This document shows positions 61,302-64,000 of a DNA stretch of 64,000 bases, one piece after another. Each line of letters begins with the position of its first letter. Position 1 is the first letter of the stretch. The stretch lies in assembly GCA_034189385.1 (NCBI GenBank), contig JAXHVD010000008.1:98396-162395 (forward strand), given 5' to 3'. The notes beneath the pieces were generated by a model, which did not search any database, was not told the DNA's origin, and saw only the letters and a program-made list of their open reading frames with translations. Both the position numbers and the translations under genes were made by a program. This stretch comes from Thermodesulfobacteriota bacterium (GTDB lineage Bacteria; Desulfobacterota; Desulfobacteria; Desulfobacterales; C00003060).

Positions 61302-61482
61302 TGATGATCTCGTAAAAAGTCGAAAAACACCTGTTTTTGTCATTCCGGCGAACGCCGGGCACGCAGTGCTTCTGTTCAAGCGGCTACGCGCAACCCTAAG
61401 CGCTATCCAGTGTTTTAAAATAGTTGAAATCCTCCTGGACCCCGGTTTTCACCGGGGTGACGATTTTTTTACCATTCCATCA
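61302..61482. repeat. Composite REP-like element (family C doublet inside TGATGA..CGTAAAAAGTC-type ends)
   Basis: GTCATTCCGGCGAACGCCGG + 48-nt module + ATCCAG ... CTGGACCCCGGTTTTCACCGGGGTGAC; a similar left end occurs near 7065-7082. Confidence 0.75.
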
Positions 61483-61505
61483 GAAGTAACCTTAGGAGTC
61501 GTGTT

Positions 61506-62609
61506 ATGACGACCACTGTGCGTGATGTTATTCAAACCATGGAGGCCATGGCCCCTGTGTGGATGCGCTACCCGGACGACCCCATCGGCCTCCATGCAGG
61601 CCATCCAGACTGGAAGGTGAAAAGGGTACTTTTGGCCCTCGATGCCACCTTGGCTGTGGTGCGGGAGGCAAAGAAGCGCAAATGCCAGATGCTCATCACC
61701 CATCACCCGCGCTTTTACAGGCCGCTCAAGAACCTGGACGAATCCCAACCCATGGGTGCCTTGGCAGGCGAGATTGTACGGGCCAAGCTTGCGGTGTACT
61801 GTGCCCACACCAACCTGGACGTGGTCCCAGGCGGCGTCAACGATGTCCTGGCCGACTTGACGGGGATGGGAAAGGAGAGAGCGCCCATGGTCTCCGTGGC
61901 CAAGGACCCCTTTCTGAAACTGGTCACCTTTGTTCCCGATAGCCACGTGGAAATGGTGCGGGAGGCCCTTTGCAGCAAAGGAGCAGGCGTGATCGGCCAA
62001 TACCGGGATTGCTCCTTTCGAACGGCAGGCACCGGCACCTTCCGGGGCGCTTCCGGCACAAGGCCCTATGTGGGAAAGGCGGGCCGCCTAGAAGAGGCCA
62101 AGGAGTGGCGGCTGGAAGTGCTTTTAAAAGAAAGTGAATGTGATGCCGTGTTACATGCCTTGCGAGAGAAACACCCCTATGAAGAACCAGCCTATGACTT
62201 GTATGTACTCCACAAGAAGGAATCTTTTGGACAGGGACGCATGGGACTGCTCAAGAGGCCTACCAAGCTGGGGCTCTTGGCGCGCAAGATGAAAAAGGCC
62301 ACGGGTTCTCCTGGCACGCTCGTCCTCGGCGATGCCGCAAGGCCCGTCCAACGCGTAGGCGTTTGGAGTGGGAGCGGATTCCGGGGAGAGGGGGTAGCGG
62401 AGATGGCCCTTGATGCGATCATCTTAGGAGAAATTGACTACCACACCTCTGAGATCCTGGAGCAAGTCAATATTGCCTGCATTGCCCTGGGCCACGGCCC
62501 CTGCGAACAGGTGGTCCTGCCATGGGTAGCCGAGAACCTGCGCCGTGCCCTGCCTGAGCTTTCCGTGGAGGTGGCTGAAGAAGGCGTCATCAAAATGTGG
62601 AGCGCATAG
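61506..62609 (+). CDS. Nif3-like dinuclear metal centre protein (DUF34)
   Basis: LALDAT, ITHHP, AHTNLD, PII-like insert KLVTFVP...HPYEEPAYD. Confidence 0.93.
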   Translation: MTTTVRDVIQTMEAMAPVWMRYPDDPIGLHAGHPDWKVKRVLLALDATLAVVREAKKRKCQMLITHHPRFYRPLKNLDESQPMGALAGEIVRAKLAVYCAHTNLDVVPGGVNDVLADLTGMGKERAPMVSVAKDPFLKLVTFVPDSHVEMVREALCSKGAGVIGQYRDCSFRTAGTGTFRGASGTRPYVGKAGRLEEAKEWRLEVLLKESECDAVLHALREKHPYEEPAYDLYVLHKKESFGQGRMGLLKRPTKLGLLARKMKKATGSPGTLVLGDAARPVQRVGVWSGSGFRGEGVAEMALDAIILGEIDYHTSEILEQVNIACIALGHGPCEQVVLPWVAENLRRALPELSVEVAEEGVIKMWSA

Positions 62610-62630
62610 CTCCGGCTTTGTCCTGCCGTC
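62595..62630 (+). repeat. 36-bp direct repeat, left copy (includes the last 15 nt of the Nif3 gene)
   Basis: ATGTGGAGCGCATAGCTCCGGCTTTGTCCTGCCGTC, identical at 63854-63889. Confidence 0.95.
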
Positions 62631-62806
62631 ATCCGTCCTCTGCCCTCTATCCTCCGTCCTCTCTTCCCCGTTATCCCCCTGCCCCTGGCCTGTTCACAAA
62701 CTTCAACGCAAGGATGAATGCGACAATCGAGCAACAGGCCAAATGTAGAAAGCTGAAGGGCTGGCTCGTTTACGACTGCGGTGCTTGGCCCATGGGAAAG
62801 GGGCGC

Positions 62807-62845
62807 TTGATTTTTAATTGACCATATGGTATTAAAAACCATATG
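62807..62845 (+). promoter_or_regulatory. Promoter/operator of the putative TA pair
   Basis: TTGATT-17-TATTAA with extended TG, overlapped by the IR CATATGGT-N7-ACCATATG that includes the ATG. Confidence 0.6.
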
Positions 62846-63148
62846 AAAGCGCGGTTGGTTTACCGAGAGAAATACATTTACAGCGATCATTCCATGAGGG
62901 AAATGGTTCTTTGGCAACTTCCGCAAAAGACGACCGACAAACCACACGGGCTGAAATACAGGCTTTATTATGGCCTTGCAGACGGGACTTGCCTGGTGCG
63001 CTATGATAACGAAACCGGCAAAGGAGATCACAGGCATTTCTTCGACAAAGAAGAACCTTACCGGTTTAAAGACGTCGAGACCCTGGTTGCAGATTTTTTG
63101 TCGGACATTGAATACGCAAGGAGCTTGGAACATGAAAAAGCAGATTAA
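62843..63148 (+). CDS. DUF6516-like putative toxin
   Basis: HGLKYRLYY...LVRYDNETGKGDHRH...LVADF. Confidence 0.75.
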   Translation: MKARLVYREKYIYSDHSMREMVLWQLPQKTTDKPHGLKYRLYYGLADGTCLVRYDNETGKGDHRHFFDKEEPYRFKDVETLVADFLSDIEYARSLEHEKAD

Positions 63149-63491
63149 GATCGGTGTTTCCGATGCCGTAACAACAGCCAAAGATTTCATCGAAGCATGG
63201 AAAAGGGCTGAACGTGGGAAAATCACGAAGACCCTGTATAAGCTTCATTTTGAAAGTCTTGAGATTCTGCTCAAGACCCTTACCAGCGGACGTTGGATAT
63301 TGCTTAAGAGGCTCCATAGAAGCGGGCCCATGAGCATTCGCGCTTTGGCAAAGGAGCTGGGTAGAGATTATAAAAATGTTCACACTGATGTGCGCCTGTT
63401 GGAAAAAGCCGGTCTGATCGACCGTACAGAAGATGACAGGGTCATCGTCCCCTGGGACATTGTTGAAGCCCGACTGCAACTGGCAGCCTAG
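63132..63491 (+). CDS. HTH DNA-binding protein, putative antitoxin (HVO_A0114-like)
   Basis: Start MKKQIK overlaps the upstream gene; LT..RW.LL...SIRALAKELGRDYKNVHTDVRLLE..GLI. Confidence 0.8.
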   Translation: MKKQIKIGVSDAVTTAKDFIEAWKRAERGKITKTLYKLHFESLEILLKTLTSGRWILLKRLHRSGPMSIRALAKELGRDYKNVHTDVRLLEKAGLIDRTEDDRVIVPWDIVEARLQLAA

Positions 63492-63853
63492 CCAGTCCCA
63501 ATCCACTCAACAACTCAGCGCCTGGACTCTGCCTGCCCCGTAGGTGGAACCATCGTACTGGGGTGAGAGATCCCTTCCCTCCTTGTCAGGTTCCGTGCCG
63601 ATCATCCACACAGGAATCTTCAACTATGGACAGAGTCCTTCCACGTCCAAATGTCAAAGCATCCGGTGACGCGTAGCGTCGGCAGGTTTAGGCCAAATCG
63701 TCCTCTCAGCGATTTTGCCTAAGAAACTCTGTGCCTCCGTGCCCTCTGCGAGAGCCCTTTCTGTGCCTGTCTGCGCCTGCCCCGCCTTGCCCTGTAGGTA
63801 GGGCCTATCGTACTGGGGTGAAATCCTAAGGCCATTTCATTGGGGTCCTCGCC

Positions 63854-63889
63854 ATGTGGAGCGCATAGCTCCGGCTTTGTCCTGCCGTC
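63854..63889 (+). repeat. 36-bp direct repeat, right copy
   Basis: Identical to 62595-62630. Confidence 0.95.
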
Positions 63890-64000
63890 CTCTGTCATTC
63901 CTTTACCCTTGCCCCCCTTTCTCCGGCTCGCCGTTTTCCTCCGTCCTCTGTCCTCTGTCTTAGGTCGCCTCTCTTCCTCTTCATCCGCCGTCGTCTGGCC

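Noticed and set aside
63486..63693. Integron attC-like site after the TA pair (GCCTAGC ... GTTTAGGC)
   Set aside because: Core sites are imperfect, the spacing of about 200 nt is too long and there is no continuous stem.

Overview
Chromosomal window from a sulfate-reducer-like Desulfobacterota (deltaproteobacterial) genome; the taxon is inferred from gene content only. Housekeeping and metabolic genes dominate: prfC, cobA/hemD-hemC, gmhA, selA, glgX, an RND efflux pair, acyl-CoA dehydrogenase-cupin-meaB, carB-purF, a TatT/DctP/DctQM (TPAT-type) transporter, tkt, glycerate kinase-GpgS-like glycosyltransferase-glgA-Lon-like protease, and Nif3. I recognised no rRNA, tRNA, CRISPR array, integrase or transposase. 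The most unusual signals are: (1) a radical SAM-ArsM-like methyltransferase-Cys-rich (DUF5714-like) triple fusion beside a DUF362 gene, a candidate organoarsenical-forming enzyme; (2) many intergenic palindromic elements nested inside one another, including a GxxExxY putative nuclease gene enclosed by ~9-nt-period inverted repeats and two gene-less 373/412-bp elements with similar arms and complementary-loop hairpins; (3) a PurF with degenerate glutamine-binding residues next to a carB with no carA in the window; (4) a putative toxin-antitoxin pair on a ~1.26-kb segment bounded by a perfect 36-bp direct repeat of the Nif3 gene 3' end; (5) candidate small RNAs and an unannotated 42-aa basic protein. 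All family assignments come from motif recognition by eye; no searches were run.
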